Of a DNA stretch of 51,233 nt, positions 20,101-35,100 are shown one piece after another. The DNA is from Nemertoderma westbladi (Eukaryota; Animalia; Xenacoelomorpha). Each line of letters starts with the position of its first letter. Positions within the stretch are counted from its first letter, which is position 1. A program made the position numbers and the translations under genes. The notes below the pieces were generated by a model, which ran no database searches, had not been told where the DNA came from, and saw nothing but the letters and a program-made list of their open reading frames with translations. The stretch lies in assembly GCA_032718475.1 (NCBI GenBank), contig JAUCBJ010005954.1:1-51233 (forward strand). Reading direction: 5' to 3'.

Positions 20101-23100
20101 AGGGTTTGGGGTAGTACTGGCTGTGGCGGGGTTGGTAATGGGTGTGGCGGGGTTGGTAATGGTGTGGCAAGATTGGTAATTGGAGTGGCGAGGTTGGTAA
20201 TGGGAGTGTTTGGGGTGGTGTTGACTGTGGCGGGGCTGGTAATGGGAGTAGCGAGGTTGTTAATGGGAGTGGCGAGGTTGGTAATGGTAGTGGCGAGGTT
20301 GGTAATGGGAGTGGCGAGGTTGGTAATGGCAGTGGCAAGGTTGGTAATGGGAGTGGCGAGGTTGGTAATGGGAGTGGCATGGTAGGTAGTGGGAGTGGCG
20401 TGGTTTGTAATGGGAGTGGCGAGGTTGGTAATGGGAGTGGCATGGTAGGTGATGGGAGTGGCGAGGTTGGTAATGGGAGTGCCGAGGTTGGTAATGGCAG
20501 TGGCAAGGTTGGTAATGGGAGTGGCGAGGTTGTTAATGGGAGTGGCGAGGTTGCTAATGGGGGTGGCGAGGTTGGTAATGGGAGTGGCGAGGTTGATAAT
20601 GGGAGTGGCGAGGTTGGTAGTGGGAGTGGCGAGGTTTGTAATGGGAGTGGCGAGGTTGGTAATGTGAGTGGCGAGGTTGATAATGGGAGTGGCGAGGTTG
20701 TTAATGGGAGTGGCGAGGTTGGTAATGGGGGTGGCGAGGTTGGTAATGGGAGTGGCGAGGTTGATAATGGGGGTGGCGAGGTTGGTAATGGGAGTGGCGA
20801 GGTAGATAATGGGAGTGGCGAGGTTGGTAATGGGAGTGGCGAGGTTGATAATGGGAGTGGCGAGGTTGGTAATGGGAGTGGCGAGGTTGGTAATGGGAGT
20901 GGCGAGGTTGGTAATCGGAGTGGCGAGGTTGATAATGGGAGTGGCGAGGTTGGTAATGGGAGTGGCGAGGTTGCTAATGGGAGTGGCATGGTAGGTGATG
21001 GGAGTGGCGATGTTGGTAATGGGAGTGGCGAGGTTGGTAATGGGAGTGGCGAGGTTGGTAATGGGAGTGGCGAGGTTGGTAATCGGAGTGGCGAGGTTGA
21101 TAATGGGAGTGGCGATGTTGGTAATGGGAGTGGCGAGGTTGCTAATGGGAGTGGCATGGTAGGTGATGGGAGTGGCGATGTTGGTAATGGGAGTGGCGAG
21201 GTTGGTAATGGGAGTGGCGAGGTTGGTAATGGGTGAGGCGAGGTTGGTAATGGTAGTGGCGAGGTAGGTAATAGGTGTGGCGAGGTTTGTAATGGGAGTG
21301 GCGAGGTTGGTAATGGGAGTAGCGAGGTTGGTAATGGGAGTGCCGAGGTTGGTAATGGGAGTGGCGAGGTTGGTAATGGGAGTGGCGAGGTTGGTAATGG
21401 GAGTGGCATGGTAGGTGATGGGATTGGCGATGTTGGTAATGGGAGTGGCGAGGTTGGTAATAGGAGTGGCGAGGTTGGTAATGGGTGTGGCGAGGTTGGT
21501 AATGGTAGTGGCGAGGTTTGTAATGGGAGTGGCGAGGTTTGTAATGAGAGTGGCGAGGAGGTAATGGGAGTGCCGAGGTTGGTAATGGGAGTGGCGAGGT
21601 TGGGAATGGGAGTGGCGAGGTTGGTAATGGGAGTGCCGAGGTTGTTAATGGGAGTGGCGAGGTTGTTAATGGGAGTGGCGAGGTTGGTAATGGGGGTGAC
21701 GAGGTTGTTAATGGGAGTGGCGAGGTTGGTAATGGGAGTGGCATGGCAGGTAGTGGGAGTGGCGTGGTTTGTAGTGGGAGTGGCGAGGTTGGTAATGGGA
21801 GTGGCATGGTAGGTAGTGGGAGTGGCGTTGTTTGTAATGGGAGTGGCGAGGTTGGTAATGGAAGTGGCGAGGTTGGTAATGGGAGTGGCGAGGTTGGTAA
21901 TGGGAGTGTTTGTGGTAGTATTAGCTGTGGCGGGGTTGGTAATGGATGTGGAGAGGTTTGTATTGAGAGTGGCGAGGTTGGTAATGGAAGTGGCGAGGTT
22001 GTTAATGGGAGTGGCGAGGTTGGTAATGGGGGTGGCGAGGTTGGTAATGGGAGTGGCGAGGTTGATAAGAGGAGTGGCGAGGTTGGTAGTGGCAGTGGCG
22101 AGGTTTGTAATGGGAGTGGCGAGGTTGGTAATGTGAGTGGCGAGGTTGATAATGGGAGTGGCGAGGTTGGTAATCGGAGTGGCGAGGTTGGTAATCGGAG
22201 TGGCGAGGGTGATAATGGGAGTGGCGAGGTTGGTAATGGGAGTGGCGTGGTTGGTAATGGGAGTGGCGAGGTTGGTAATGGGAGTGGCATGGCAGGTAGT
22301 GGGAGTGGCGTGGTTTGTAGTGGGAGTGGCGAGGTTGGTAATGGGAGTGGCATGGTAGGTAGTGGGAGTGGCGTTGTTTGTAATGGGAGTGGCGAGGTTG
22401 GTAATGGAAGTGGCGAGGTTGGTAATGGGAGTGGCGAGGTTAGTAATGGGAGTGTTTGTGGTAGTATTAGCTGTGGCGGGGTTGGTAATGGATGTGGAGA
22501 GGTTTGTATTGAGAGTGGCGAGGTTGGTAATGGAAGTGGCGAGGTTGTTAATGGGAGTGGCGAGGTTGGTAATGGGGGTGGCGAGGTTGGTAATGGGAGT
22601 GGCGAGGTTGATAAGAGGAGTGGCGAGGTTGGTAGTGGCAGTGGCGAGGTTTGTAATGGGAGTGGCGAGGTTGGTAATGTGAGTGGCGAGGTTGATAATG
22701 GGAGTGGCGAGGTTGGTAATGGGAGTGGCGAGGTTGGTAATCGGAGTGGCGAGGGTGATAATGGGAGTGGCGAGGTTGGTAATGGGAGTGGCGTGGTTGG
22801 TAATGGGAGTGGCATGTTAGGTGATGGGAGTGGCGATGTTAGTAATGGGAGTGGCGAGGTTGGTAATGGGTTTGGCGAGGTTGGTAATGGTAGTGGCGAG
22901 GTAGGTAATGGGTGTGGCGAGGTTTGTAATGGGACTGGCGAGGTTGGTAATGGGAGTGGCGAGGTTGGTAATGGGAGTGCCGAGGTTGGTAATGGGAGTG
23001 GCGAGGTTGGTAATGGGAGTGGCGAGGTTGGTAATGGGTGTGGCGAGGTTGGTAATGGGAGTGGCGAGGTTGGTAATGGGAGTGGCGAGGTTGGTAATGG

Positions 23101-26100
23101 GAGTGGCGAGGTTGGTAATGGGAGTGGCGAGATTGGTAATTGGAGTGGCGAGGTTGGTAATGGGAGTGTTTGGGGTGGTGTTGACTGTGGCGGGGCTGGT
23201 AATGGGAGTGGCGAGGTTGGTAATGGGTGTGGCGAGGTTGTTAATGGGAGTGGCGAGGTTGGTAATGGGAGTGGCGAGGTTGGTAATGGGAGTGGCGAGG
23301 TTGGTAATGGGAGTGGCGAGATTGGTAATTGGAGTGGCGAGGTTGGTAATGGGAGTGTTTGGGGTGGTGTTGACTGTGGCGAGGTTGGTAATGGGAGTGG
23401 CATGGTAGGTGATGGGAGTGGCGAGATTGGTAATGGGAGTGCCGAGGTTGGTAATGGCAGTGGCAAGGTTGGTAATGGGAGTGGCGAGGTTGGTAATGGG
23501 AGTGGCATGGTAGGTAGTGGGAGTGGCGTGGTTTGTAATGGGAGTGGCGAGGTTGGTAATGGGAGTGGCATGGTAGGTAGTGGGAGTGGCGTGGTTTGTA
23601 ATGTGAGAGGCGAGGTTGGTAATGGAAGTGGCGAGGTTGGTAATGGGAGTGGCGAGGTTGGTAATGGGAGTGTTTGTGGTAGTATTGGCTGTGGCGGGGT
23701 TGGTAATGGGAGTGGCGAGGTTGTTAATGGGAGTGGCGAGGTTGGTAATGGGGGTGGCGAGGTTGGTAATGGGAGTGGCGAGGTTGATAATGGGAGTGGC
23801 GAGGTTGGTAGTGGGAGTGGCGAGGTTGGTAATGGGGGTGGCGAGGTTGGTAATGGGAGTGGCATGGTAGGTAGTGGGAGTGGCGTGGTAGGTAATGGGA
23901 GTGGCGAGGTTGGTAATGGGAGTGGCGAGGTTGGTAATTGGAGGGTTTGGGGTAGTACTGGCTGTGGCGGGGTTGGTAATGGGTGTGGCGGGGTTGGTAA
24001 TGGTGTGGCGAGATTGGTAATTGGAGTGGCGAGGTTGGTAATGGGAGTGTTTGGGGTGGTGTTGACTGTGGCGGGGCTGGTAATGGGAGTAGCGAGGTTG
24101 TTAATGGGAGTGGCGAGGTTGGTAATGGTAGTGGCGAGGTTGGTAATGGGAGTGGCGAGGTTGGTAATGGCAGTGGCAAGGTTGGTAATGGGAGTGGCGA
24201 GGTTGGTAATGGGAGTGGCATGGTAGGTAGTGGGAGTGGCGTGGTTTGTAATGGGAGTGGCGAGGTTGGTAATGGGAGTGGCATGGTAGGTGATGGGAGT
24301 GGCGAGGTTGGTAATGGGAGTGCCGAGGTTGGTAATGGCAGTGGCAAGGTTGGTAATGGGAGTGGCGAGGTTGGTAATGGGAGTGGCATGGTAGGTAGTG
24401 GGAGTGGCGTGGTTTGTAATGGGAGTGGCGAGGTTGGTAATGGGAGTGGCATGGTAGGTAGTGGGAGTGGCGTGGTTTGTAATGTGAGAGGCGAGGTTGG
24501 TAATGGAAGTGGCGAGGTTGGTAATGGGAGTGGCGAGGTTGGTAATGGGAGTGTTTGTGGTAGTATTGGCTGTGGCGGGGTTGGTAATGGGAGTGGCGAG
24601 GTTGTTAATGGGAGTGGCGAGGTTGCTAATGGGGGTGGCGAGGTTGGTAATGGGAGTGGCGAGGTTGATAATGGGAGTGGCGAGATTGGTAGTGGGAGTG
24701 GCGAGGTTTGTAATGGGAGTGGCGAGGTTGGTAATGTGAGTGGCGAGGTTGATAATGGGAGTGGCGAGGTTGGTAATGGGAGTGGCGAGGTAGGTAATGG
24801 GTGTGGCGAGGTTGTTAATGGGAGTGGCGAGGTTGGTAATGGGGGTGGCGAGGTTGGTAATGGGAGTGGCGAGGTTGTTAATGGGAGTGGCGAGGTTGGT
24901 AATGGGGGTGGCGAGGTTGGTAATGGGAGTGGCGAGGTTGATAATGGGGGTGGCGAGGTTGGTAATGGGAGTGGCGAGGTAGATAATGGGAGTGGCGAGG
25001 TTGGTAATGGGAGTGGCGAGGTTGATAATGGGAGTGGCGAGGTTGGTAATGGGAGTGGCGAGGTTGGTAATGGGAGTGGCGAGGTTGGTAATCGGAGTGG
25101 CGAGGTTGATAATGGGAGTGGCGAGGTTGGTAATGGGAGTGGCGAGGTTGCTAATGGGAGTGGCATGGTAGGTGATGGGAGTGGCGATGTTGGTAATGGG
25201 AGTGGCGAGGTTGGTAATGGGAGTGGCGAGGTTGGTAATGGGAGTGGCGAGGTTGGTAATCGGAGTGGCGAGGTTGATAATGGGAGTGGCGAGGTTGGTA
25301 ATGGGAGTGGCGAGGTTGCTAATGGGAGTGGCATGGTAGGTGATGGGAGTGGCGATGTTGGTAATGGGAGTGGCGAGGTTGGTAATGGGAGTGGCGAGGT
25401 TGGTAATGGGTGAGGCGAGGTTGGTAATGGTAGTGGCGAGGTAGGTAATAGGTGTGGCGAGGTTTGTAATGGGAGTGGCGAGGTTGGTAATGGGAGTAGC
25501 GAGGTTGGTAATGGGAGTGCCGAGGTTGGTAATGGGAGTGGCGAGGTTGGTAATGGGAGTGGCGAGGTTGGTAATGGGAGTGGCATGGTAGGTGATGGGA
25601 TTGGCGATGTTGGTAATGGGAGTGGCGAGGTTGGTAATAGGAGTGGCGAGGTTGGTAATGGGTGTGGCGAGGTTGGTAATGGTAGTGGCGAGGTTTGTAA
25701 TGGGAGTGGCGAGGTTTGTAATGAGAGTGGCGAGGAGGTAATGGGAGTGCCGAGGTTGGTAATGGGAGTGGCGAGGTTGGGAATGGGAGTGGCGAGGTTG
25801 GTAATGGGAGTGCCGAGGTTGTTAATGGGAGTGGCGAGGTTGTTAATGGGAGTGGCGAGGTTGGTAATGGGGGTGGCGAGGTTGGTAATGGGAGTGGCGA
25901 GGTTGGTAATGGGAGTGGCATGGCAGGTAGTGGGAGTGGCGTGGTTTGTAGTGGGAGTGGCGAGGTTGGTAATGGGAGTGGCATGGTAGGTAGTGGGAGT
26001 GGCGTTGTTTGTAATGGGAGTGGCGAGGTTGGTAATGGAAGTGGCGAGGTTGGTAATGGGAGTGGCGAGGTTAGTAATGGGAGTGTTTGTGGTAGTATTA

Positions 26101-29100
26101 GCTGTGGCGGGGTTGGTAATGGATGTGGAGAGGTTTGTATTGAGAGTGGCGAGGTTGGTAATGGAAGTGGCGAGGTTGTTAATGGGAGTGGCGAGGTTGG
26201 TAATGGGGGTGGCGAGGTTGGTAATGGGAGTGGCGAGGTTGATAAGAGGAGTGGCGAGGTTGGTAGTGGCAGTGGCGAGGTTTGTAATGGGAGTGGCGAG
26301 GTTGGTAATGTGAGTGGCGAGGTTGATAATGGGAGTGGCGAGGTTGGTAATGGGAGTGGCGAGGTTGGTAATCGGAGTGGCGAGGGTGATAATGGGAGTG
26401 GCGAGGTTGGTAATGGGAGTGGCGTGGTTGGTAATGGGAGTGGCATGTTAGGTGATGGGAGTGGCGATGTTAGTAATGGGAGTGGCGAGGTTGGTAATGG
26501 GTTTGGCGAGGTTGGTAATGGTAGTGGCGAGGCAGGTAATGGGTGTGGCGAGGTTTGTAATGGGACTGGCGAGGTTGGTAATGGGAGTGGCGAGGTTGGT
26601 AATGGGAGTGCCGAGGTTGGTAATGGGAGTGGCGAGGTTGGTAATGGGAGTGGCGAGGTTGGTAATGGGTGTGGCGAGGTTGGTAATCGGAGTGGCGAGG
26701 TTGGTAATGGGAGTGGCGAGGTTGGTAATGGGAGTGGCGAGGTTGGTAATGGGAGTGGCGAGGTTGGTAATGGGAGTGGCATGGTAGGTGATGGGAGTGG
26801 CGATGTTGGTAATGGGAGTGGCGAGGTTGGTAATGGGAGTGGCGAGGTTGGTAATGTGTGTGGCGAGGTTGGTAATGGGAGTGGCATGTTAGGTAGTGGG
26901 AGTGGCGTGGTTGGTAATGGGAGTGGCGTGGTTGGTAATGGGAGTGGCATGTTAGGTGATGGGAGTGGCGATGTTAGTAATGGGAGTGGCGAGGTTGGTA
27001 ATGGGAGTGGCGAGGTTGGTAATGGGAGTGGCGAGGTTGGTAATGGGAGTGGCGAGGTTGGTAATGGGAGTGGCGAGGTTGGTAATGGGAGTGGCGAGGT
27101 TGGTAATGGGAGTGGCGAGGTTGGTAATGGGAATGGCGAGGTTGATAATGGGAGTGGCGAGGTTGGTAATGGGAGTGGCGAGGTTGGTAATGGGAATGGC
27201 GAGGTTGGTAATGGGAGTGGAGAGGTTGGTAATGGGAGTGGCGAGGTTGGTAATGGGAGTGGCGAGGTTGGTAATGGGAGTGGCGAGGTTGGTAATGGGA
27301 GTGCCGAGGTTGGAATGGGAGTGGCGAGGTTGATAATGGGAGTGGCGAGGTTGGTAATGGGAGTGGCGAGGTTGGTAATGGGAGTGGCGAGGTTGGTAAT
27401 GGGAGTGGCGAGGTTGGTAATGGGAGTGGCGAGGTTGGTAATGGGAGTGGCGAGGTTGGTAATGGGAGTGGCGAGGTTGGTAATGGGAGTGGCGAGGTTG
27501 GTAATGGGAGTGGCGAGGCTGGTAATGGGAGTGGCGAGGTTGGTAATGGGAGTGGCGAGGTTGGTAATGGTAGTGGCGAGGTTGGTAATGGGAGTGGCGA
27601 GGTTGGTAATGGGAGTGGCGAGGTTGGTAATGGGAGTGGCGAGGTTGATAATGGGAGTGGCGAGGTTGGTAATGGGAGTGGCGAGGTTGGTAATGGGAGT
27701 GGCGAGGTTGGTAATGGTAGTGGCGAGGTAGGTAATGGGTGTGGCGAGGTTTGTAATGGGAGTGGCATGGTAGGTAGTGGGAGTGGCGTGGTTGGTAATG
27801 GGAGTGGCGTGGTTGGTAATGGGAGTGGCATGTTAGGTGATGGGAGTGGCGATGTTAGTAATGGGAGTGGCGAGGTTGGTAATGGGTTTGGCGAGGTTGG
27901 TAATGGTAGTGGCGAGGTAGGTAATGGGTGTGGCGAGGTTTGTAATGGGAGTGGCGAGGTTGGTAATGGGAGTGGCGAGGTTGGTAATGGGAGTGGCGAG
28001 GTTGGTAATGGGAGTGGCGAGGTTGGTAATGGGAATGGCGAGGTTGATAATGGGAGTGGCGAGGTTGGTAATGGGAGTGGCGAGGTTGGTAATGGGAATG
28101 GCGAGGTTGGTAATGGGAGTGGAGAGGTTGGTAATGGGAGTGGCGAGGTTGGTAATGGGAGTGGCGAGGTTGGTAATGGGAGTGGCGAGGTTGGTAATGG
28201 GAGTGCCGAGGTTGGTAATGGGAGTGGCGAGGTTGATAATGGGAGTGGCGAGGTTGGTAATGGGAGTGGCGAGGTTGGTAATGGGAGTGGCATGGTAGGT
28301 GATGGGAGTGGCGATGTTGGTAATGGGAGTGGCGAGGTTGGTAATGGGAGTGGCGAGGTTGATAATGGGAGTGGCGAGGTTTGTAATGAGAGTGGCGAGG
28401 AGGTAATGGGAGTGGCGAGCAGGTAATGGGAGCGCCGAGGTTGGTAATGGGAGTGGCGAGGTTGGTAATGGGAGTGGCGAGGTTTGTAATGAGAGTGGCG
28501 AGCAGGTAATGGGAGTGCCGAGGTTGGTAATGGGTATGGCGAGGTTGGTAATGGGAGTGGCGAGGTAGGTAATGGGTGTGGCGAGGTTTGTAATGGGTAT
28601 GGCGAGGTTGGTAATGGGAGTGGCGAGGTAGGTAATGGGTGTGGCGAGGTTTGTAATGGGTATGGCGAGGTTGGTAATGGGAGTGGCGAGGTTTGTAATG
28701 AGAGTGGCGAGGAGGTAATGGGAGCGCCGAGGTTGGTAATGGGAGTGGCGAGGTTGGTAATGGGAGTGGCGAGGTTTGTAATGAGAGTGGCGAGCAGGTA
28801 ATGGGAGTGCCGAGGTTGGTAATGGGTATGGCGAGGTTGGTAATGGGAGTGGCGAGGTAGGTAATGGGTGTGGCGAGGTTTGTAATGGGAGTGGCGAGGT
28901 TTGTATTGAGATTGGCGAGGTTGGTAATGGGAGTGCCGAGGTTGGTAATGGGAGTGGCGAGGTTGGTAATGGGTATGGCGAGGTTTGTAATGGGAGTGGC
29001 GAGGTTTGTAATGAGAGTGGCGAGGTTGGTAATGGGAGTGCCGAGGTTGGTAATGGGAGTGGCGAGGTTGGTAATGGGTATGGCGAGGTTGGTAATGGGA

Positions 29101-32100
29101 GTGGCGAGGTAGGTAATGGGTGTGGCGAGGTTTGTAATGGGAGTGGCGAGGTTTGTAATGAGAGTGGCGAGGTTGGTAATGGGAGTGCCGAGGTTGGTAA
29201 TGGGAGTGGCGAGGTTGGGAATGGGAGTGGCGAGGTTGGTAATGGGAGTGGCGAGGTAGGTAATGGGTGTGGCGAGGTTTGTAATGGGAGTGGCGAGGTT
29301 CGTAATGGGAGTGGCGAGGTTAGTATTGGGAGTGGCGAGGTTGATAATGGGAGTGGCGAGGTTGGTAGTGGGAGTGGCGAGGTTTGTAATGGGAGTGGCG
29401 AGGTTGGTAATGTGAGTGGCGAGGTTGATAATGGGAGTGGCGAGGTTGGTAATGGGAGTGGCATGGTAGGTGATGGGAGTGGCGATGTTGGAAATGGGAG
29501 TGGCGAGGTTGGTAATGGGAGTGGCGAGGTTGGTAATGGGAGTGGCGAGATTGGTAATGGGTGTGGCGAGGTTGGTAATGGGAGTGGCGAGGTAGGTAAT
29601 GGGTGTGGCGAGGTTTGTAATGGGAGTGGCGAGGTTTGTAATGAGAGTGGCGAAGTTAGTATTGGGAGTGGCGAAGTTGGTAATGGGAGTGGCATGGTAG
29701 GTGATGGGAGTGGCGATGTTGGTAATGGGAGTGGCGAGGTTGGTAATGGGAGTGGCGAGGTTGGTAATGGGTGTGGCGAGGTTGATAATGAGAGTGGCGA
29801 GGTTGGTTGTGGGAGTGGCGAGGTTTGTAATGGGAGTGGCGAGGTTGGTAATATGAGTGGCGAGGTTGATAATGGGAGTGGCGAGGTTGGTAATGGGAGT
29901 GGCGAGGTTGGTAATCGGAGTGGCGAGGGTGATAATGGGAGTGGCGAGGTTGGTAATGGGAGTGGCGTGGTTGGTAATGGGAGTGGCATGTTAGGTGATG
30001 GGAGTGGCGATGTTAGTATTGGGAGTGGCGAAGTTGGTAATGGGAGTGGCATGGTAGGTGATGGGAGTGGCGATGTTGGTAATGGGAGTGGCGAGGTTGG
30101 TAATGGGAGTGGCGAGGTTGGTAATGGGTGTGGCGAGGTTGATAATGAGAGTGGCGAGGTTGGTTGTGGGAGTGGCGAGGTTTGTAATGGGAGTGGCGAG
30201 GTTGGTAATATGAGTGGCGAGGTTGATAATGGGAGTGGCGAGGTTGGTAATGGGAGTGGCGTGGTTGGTAATCGGAGTGGCGAGGGTGATAATGGGAGTG
30301 GCGAGGTTGGTAATGGGTTTGGCGAGGTTGGTAATGGTAGTGGCGAGGTAGGTAATGGGTGTGGCGAGGTTTGTAATGGGAGTGGCGAGGTTGGTAATGG
30401 GAGTGGCAAGGTTGGTAATGGGAGTGCCGAGGTTGGTAATGGGAGTGGCGAGGTTGGTAATGGGAGTGGCGAGGTTGGTAATGGGAGTGGCATGGTAGGT
30501 GATGGGAGTGGCGATGTTGGCAATGGGAGTGGCGAGGTTGGTAATGGGAGTGGCGAGGTTGGTAATGTGTGTGGCGAGGTTGGTAATGGTAGTGGCGAGG
30601 TAGGTAATGGGTGTGGCGAGGTTTGTAATGGGAGTGGCGAGGTTTGTAATGAGAGTGGCGAGGAGGTAATGGGAGTGCCGAGGTTGGTAATGGGAGTGGC
30701 GAGGTTGGTAATGGGAGTGGCGAGGTTGGTAATGGGTGTGGCGAGGTTGGTAATGGTAGTGGCGAGGTAGGTAATGGGTGTGGCGAGGTTTGTAATGGGA
30801 GTGGCGAGGTTTGTAATGAGAGTGGCGAGGAGGTAATGGGAGTGCCGAGGTTGGTAATGGGTATGGCGAGGTTGGTAATGGGAGTGGCGAGGTAGGTAAT
30901 GGGTGTGGCGAGGTTGGTAATGGTAGTGGCGAGGTAGGTAATGGGTGTGGCGAGGTTTGTAATGGGAGTGGCGAGGTTTGTAATGAGAGTGGCGAGGAGG
31001 TAATGGGAGTGCCGAGGTTGGTAATGGGAGTGGCGAGGTTGGTAATGGGAGTGGCGAGGTTGGTAATGGGAGTGGCGAGGTTGGTAATGGGAGTGGCGTG
31101 GTAGGTGATGGGAGTGGCGATGTTGGTAATGGGAGTGGCGAGGTTGGTAATGGGAGTGGCATGGTAGGTGATGGGAGTGGCGATGTTGGTAATGGGAGTG
31201 GCGAGGTTGGTAATGGGAGTGGCGAGGTAGGTAATGGGTGTGGCGAGGTTTGTAATGGGAGTGGCGAGGTTTGTAATGAGAGTGGCGAGGTTGGTAATGG
31301 GAGTGCCGAGGTTGGTAATGTGTGTGGCGAGGTTGGTAATGGTAGTGGCGAGGTTGATAATGGGAGTGGCGAGGTTGGTAATGGGAGTGGCGAGGTTGAT
31401 AATGGGAGTGGCGAGGTTGGTAATGGGTGTGGCGAGGTTGGTAATGGGTGTGGCGAGGTTTGTAATGGGAGTGGCGAGGTTTGTAATGAGAGTGGCGAGG
31501 AGGTAATGGGAGTGCCGAGGTTGGTAATGGGAGTGGCGAGGTTGGTAATGGGAGTGGCGAGGTTGGTAATGGGAGTGGCGAGGTTGGTAATGGGAGTGGC
31601 GAGGTTGATAATGGGAGTGGCGAGGTTGGTAATGGGAGTGGCGAGGTTGGTAATGGGAGTGGCGAGGTTGGTAATGGGAGTGGCGAGGTTGGTAATGGGA
31701 GTGGCGAGGTTGGTAATGGGAGTGCCGAGGTTGGTAATGGGTGTGGCGAGGTTTGTAATGGGAGTGGCGAGGTTTGTAATGAGAGTGGCGAGGAGGTAAT
31801 GGGAGTGCCGAGGTTGGTAATGGGAGTGGCGAGGTTGGTAATGGGAGTGGCGAGGTTGGTAATGGGAGTGGCGAGGTTGGTAATGGGAGTGGCGAGGTTG
31901 ATAATGGGAGTGGCGAGGTTGGTAATGGGAGTGGCGAGGTTGGTAATGGGAGTGGCGAGGTTGGTAATGGGAGTGGCGAGGTTGGTAATGGGAGTGGCGA
32001 GGTTGGCAATGGGAGTGCCGAGGTTGGTAATGGGAGTGGCGAGGTTGGTAATGGGAGTGGCGAGGTTGGTAATGGGAGTGGCATGGTAGGTGATGGGAGT

Positions 32101-35100
32101 GGCGATGTTGGTAATGGGAGTGGCGAGGTTGGTAATGGGAGTGGCGAGGTTGGTAATGGGAGTGGCGAGGTTGGTAATGGGAGTGGCGAGGTTTGTAATG
32201 AGAGTGGCGAGGAGGTAATGGGAGCGCCGAGGTTGGTAATGGGAGTGGCGAGGTTGGTAATGGGAGTGGCGAGGTTGGTAATGGGAGTGGCGAGGTTGGT
32301 AATGGGAGTGGCGAGGTTGATAATGGGAGTGGCGAGGTTGGTAATGGGAGTGGCGAGGTTGGTAATGGGAGTGGCGAGGTAGGTAATGGGAGTGCCGAGG
32401 TTGGTAATGGGAGTGGCGAGGTTGGTAATGGGAGTGCCGAGGTTGGTAATGGGAGTGGCGATGTTGGTAATGGGAGTGGCGAGGTTGATAATGGGAGTGG
32501 CGAGGTTGGTAATGGGTATGGCGAGGTTGGTAATGGGAGTGGCGAGGTAGGTAATGGGTGTGGCGAGGTTTGTAATGGGAGTGGCGAGGTTTGTATTGAG
32601 ATTGGCGAGGTTGGTAATGGGAGTGCCGAGGTTGGTAATGGGAGTGGCGAGGTTGGTAATGGGAGTGGCGAGGTTTGTAATGAGAGTGGCGAGCAGGTAA
32701 TGGGAGTGCCGAGGTTGGTAATGGGTATGGCGAGGTTGGTAATGGGAGTGGCGAGGTAGGTAATGGGTGTGGCGAGGTTTGTAATGGGAGTGGCGAGGTT
32801 TGTATTGAGATTGGCGAGGTTGGTAATGGGAGTGCCGAGGTTGGTAATGGGAGTGGCGAGGTTGGTAATGGGAGTGGCGAGGTTTGTAATGAGAGTGGCG
32901 AGCAGGTAATGGGAGTGCCGAGGTTGGTAATGGGTATGGCGAGGTTGGTAATGGGAGTGGCGAGGTAGGTAATGGGTGTGGCGAGGTTTGTAATGGGAGT
33001 GGCGAGGTTTGTATTGAGATTGGCGAGGTTGGTAATGGGAGTGCCGAGGTTGGTAATGGGAGTGGCGAGGTTGGTAATGGGTATGGCGAGGTTGGTAATG
33101 GGAGTGGCGAGGTTTGTAATGAGAGTGGCGAGGTTGGTAATGGGAGTGCCGAGGTTGGTAATGGGAGTGGCGAGGTTGGTAATGGGTATGGCGAGGTTGG
33201 TAATGGGAGTGGCGAGGTAGGTAATGGGTGTGGCGAGGTTTGTAATGGGAGTGGCGAGGTTTGTAATGAGAGTGGCGAGGTTGGTAATGGGAGTGCCGAG
33301 GTTGGTAATGGGAGTGGCGAGGTTGGGAATGGGAGTGGCGAGGTTGGTAATGGAAGTGGCGAGGTAGGTAATGGGTGTGGCGAGGTTTGTAATGGGAGTG
33401 GCGAGGTTCGTAATGGGAGTGGCGAGGTTAGTATTGGGAGTGGCGAGGTTGATAATGGGAGTGGCGAGGTTGGTAGTGGGAGTGGCGAGGTTTGTAATGG
33501 GAGTGGCGAGGTTGGTAATGTGAGTGGCGAGGTTGATAATGGGAGTGGCGAGGTTGGTAATGGGAGTGGCATGGTAGGTGATGGGAGTGGCGATGTTGGT
33601 AATGGGAGTGGCGAGGTTGGTAATGGGAGTGGCGAGGTTGGTAATGGGAGTGGCGAGGTTGATAATGAGAGTGGCGAGGTTGGTTGTGGGAGTGGCGAGG
33701 TTTGTAATGGGAGTGGCGAGGTTGGTAATATGAGTGGCGAGGTTGATAATGGGAGTGGCGAGGTTGGTAATGGGAGTGGCGAGGTTGGTAATCGGAGTGG
33801 CGAGGGTGATAATGGGAGTGGCGAGGTTGGTAATGGGAGTGGCGTGGTTGGTAATGGGAGTGGCATGTTAGGTGATGGGAGTGGCGATGTTAGTAATGGG
33901 AGTGGCGAGGTTGGTAATAGGTTTGGCGAGGTTGGTAATGGTAGTGGCGAGGTAGGTAATGGGTGTGGCGAGGTTTGTAATGGGAGTGGCGAGGTTGGTA
34001 ATGGGAGTGGCGAGGTTGGTAATGGGAGTGCCGAGGTTGGTAATGGGAGTGGCGAGGTTGGTAATGGGAGTGGCGAGGTTGGTAATGGGAGTGGCATGGT
34101 AGGTGATGGGAGTGGCGATGTTGGTAATGGGAGTGGCGAGGTTGGTAATGGGAGTGGCGAAGTTGGTAATGTGTGTGGCGAGGTTGGTAATGGTAGTGGC
34201 GAGGTAGGTAATGGGTGTGGCGAGGTTTGTAATGGGAGTGGCGAGGTTTGTAATGAGAGTGGCGAGGAGGTAATGGGAGTGCCGAGGTTGGTAATGGGAG
34301 TGGCGAGGTTGGTAATGGGAGTGGCGAGGTTGGTAATGGGAGTGGCGTGGTAGGTGATGGGAGTGGCGATGTTGGTAATGGGAGTGGCGAGGTTGGTAAT
34401 GGGAGTGGCATGGTAGGTGATGGGAGTGGCGATGTTGGTAATGGGAGTGGCGAGGTTGGTAATGGGAGTGGCGAGGTAGGTAATGGGTGTGGCGAGGTTT
34501 GTAATGGGAGTGGCGAGGTTTGTAATGAGAGTGGTGAGGTTGGTAATGGGAGTGCCGAGGTTGGTAATGGGAGTGGCGAGGTTGGTAATGGGAGTGGCGA
34601 GGTAGGTAATGGGTGTGGCGAGGTTTGTAATGGGAGTGGCGAGGTTTGTAATGGGAGTGGCGAGGTTGGTAATGGGAGTGCCGAGGTTGGTAATGGGAGT
34701 GGCGAGGTGGTAATGGGAGTGGCATGGTAGGTGATGGGAGTGGCGATGTTGGTAATGGGAGTGGCGAGGTTGGTAATGGGAGTGGCGAGGTTGGTAATGG
34801 GTGTGGCGAGGTTGGTAATGGGAGTGCCGAGGTTGGTAATGGGAGTGGCGAGGTTGGGAATGGGAGTGGCGAGGTTGGTAATGGGAGTGGCGTGGTAGGT
34901 GATGGGAGTGGCGATGTTGGTAATGGGAGTGGCGAGGTTGGTAATGGGAGTGGCGAGGTTGGTAATGGGAGTGGCGTGGTAGGTGATGGGAGTGGCGATG
35001 TTGGTAATGGGAGTGGCGAGGTTGGTAATGGGAGTGCCGAGGTTGGTAATGGGAGTGGCGAGGTGGTAATGGGAGTGGCATGGTAGGTGATGGGAGTGGC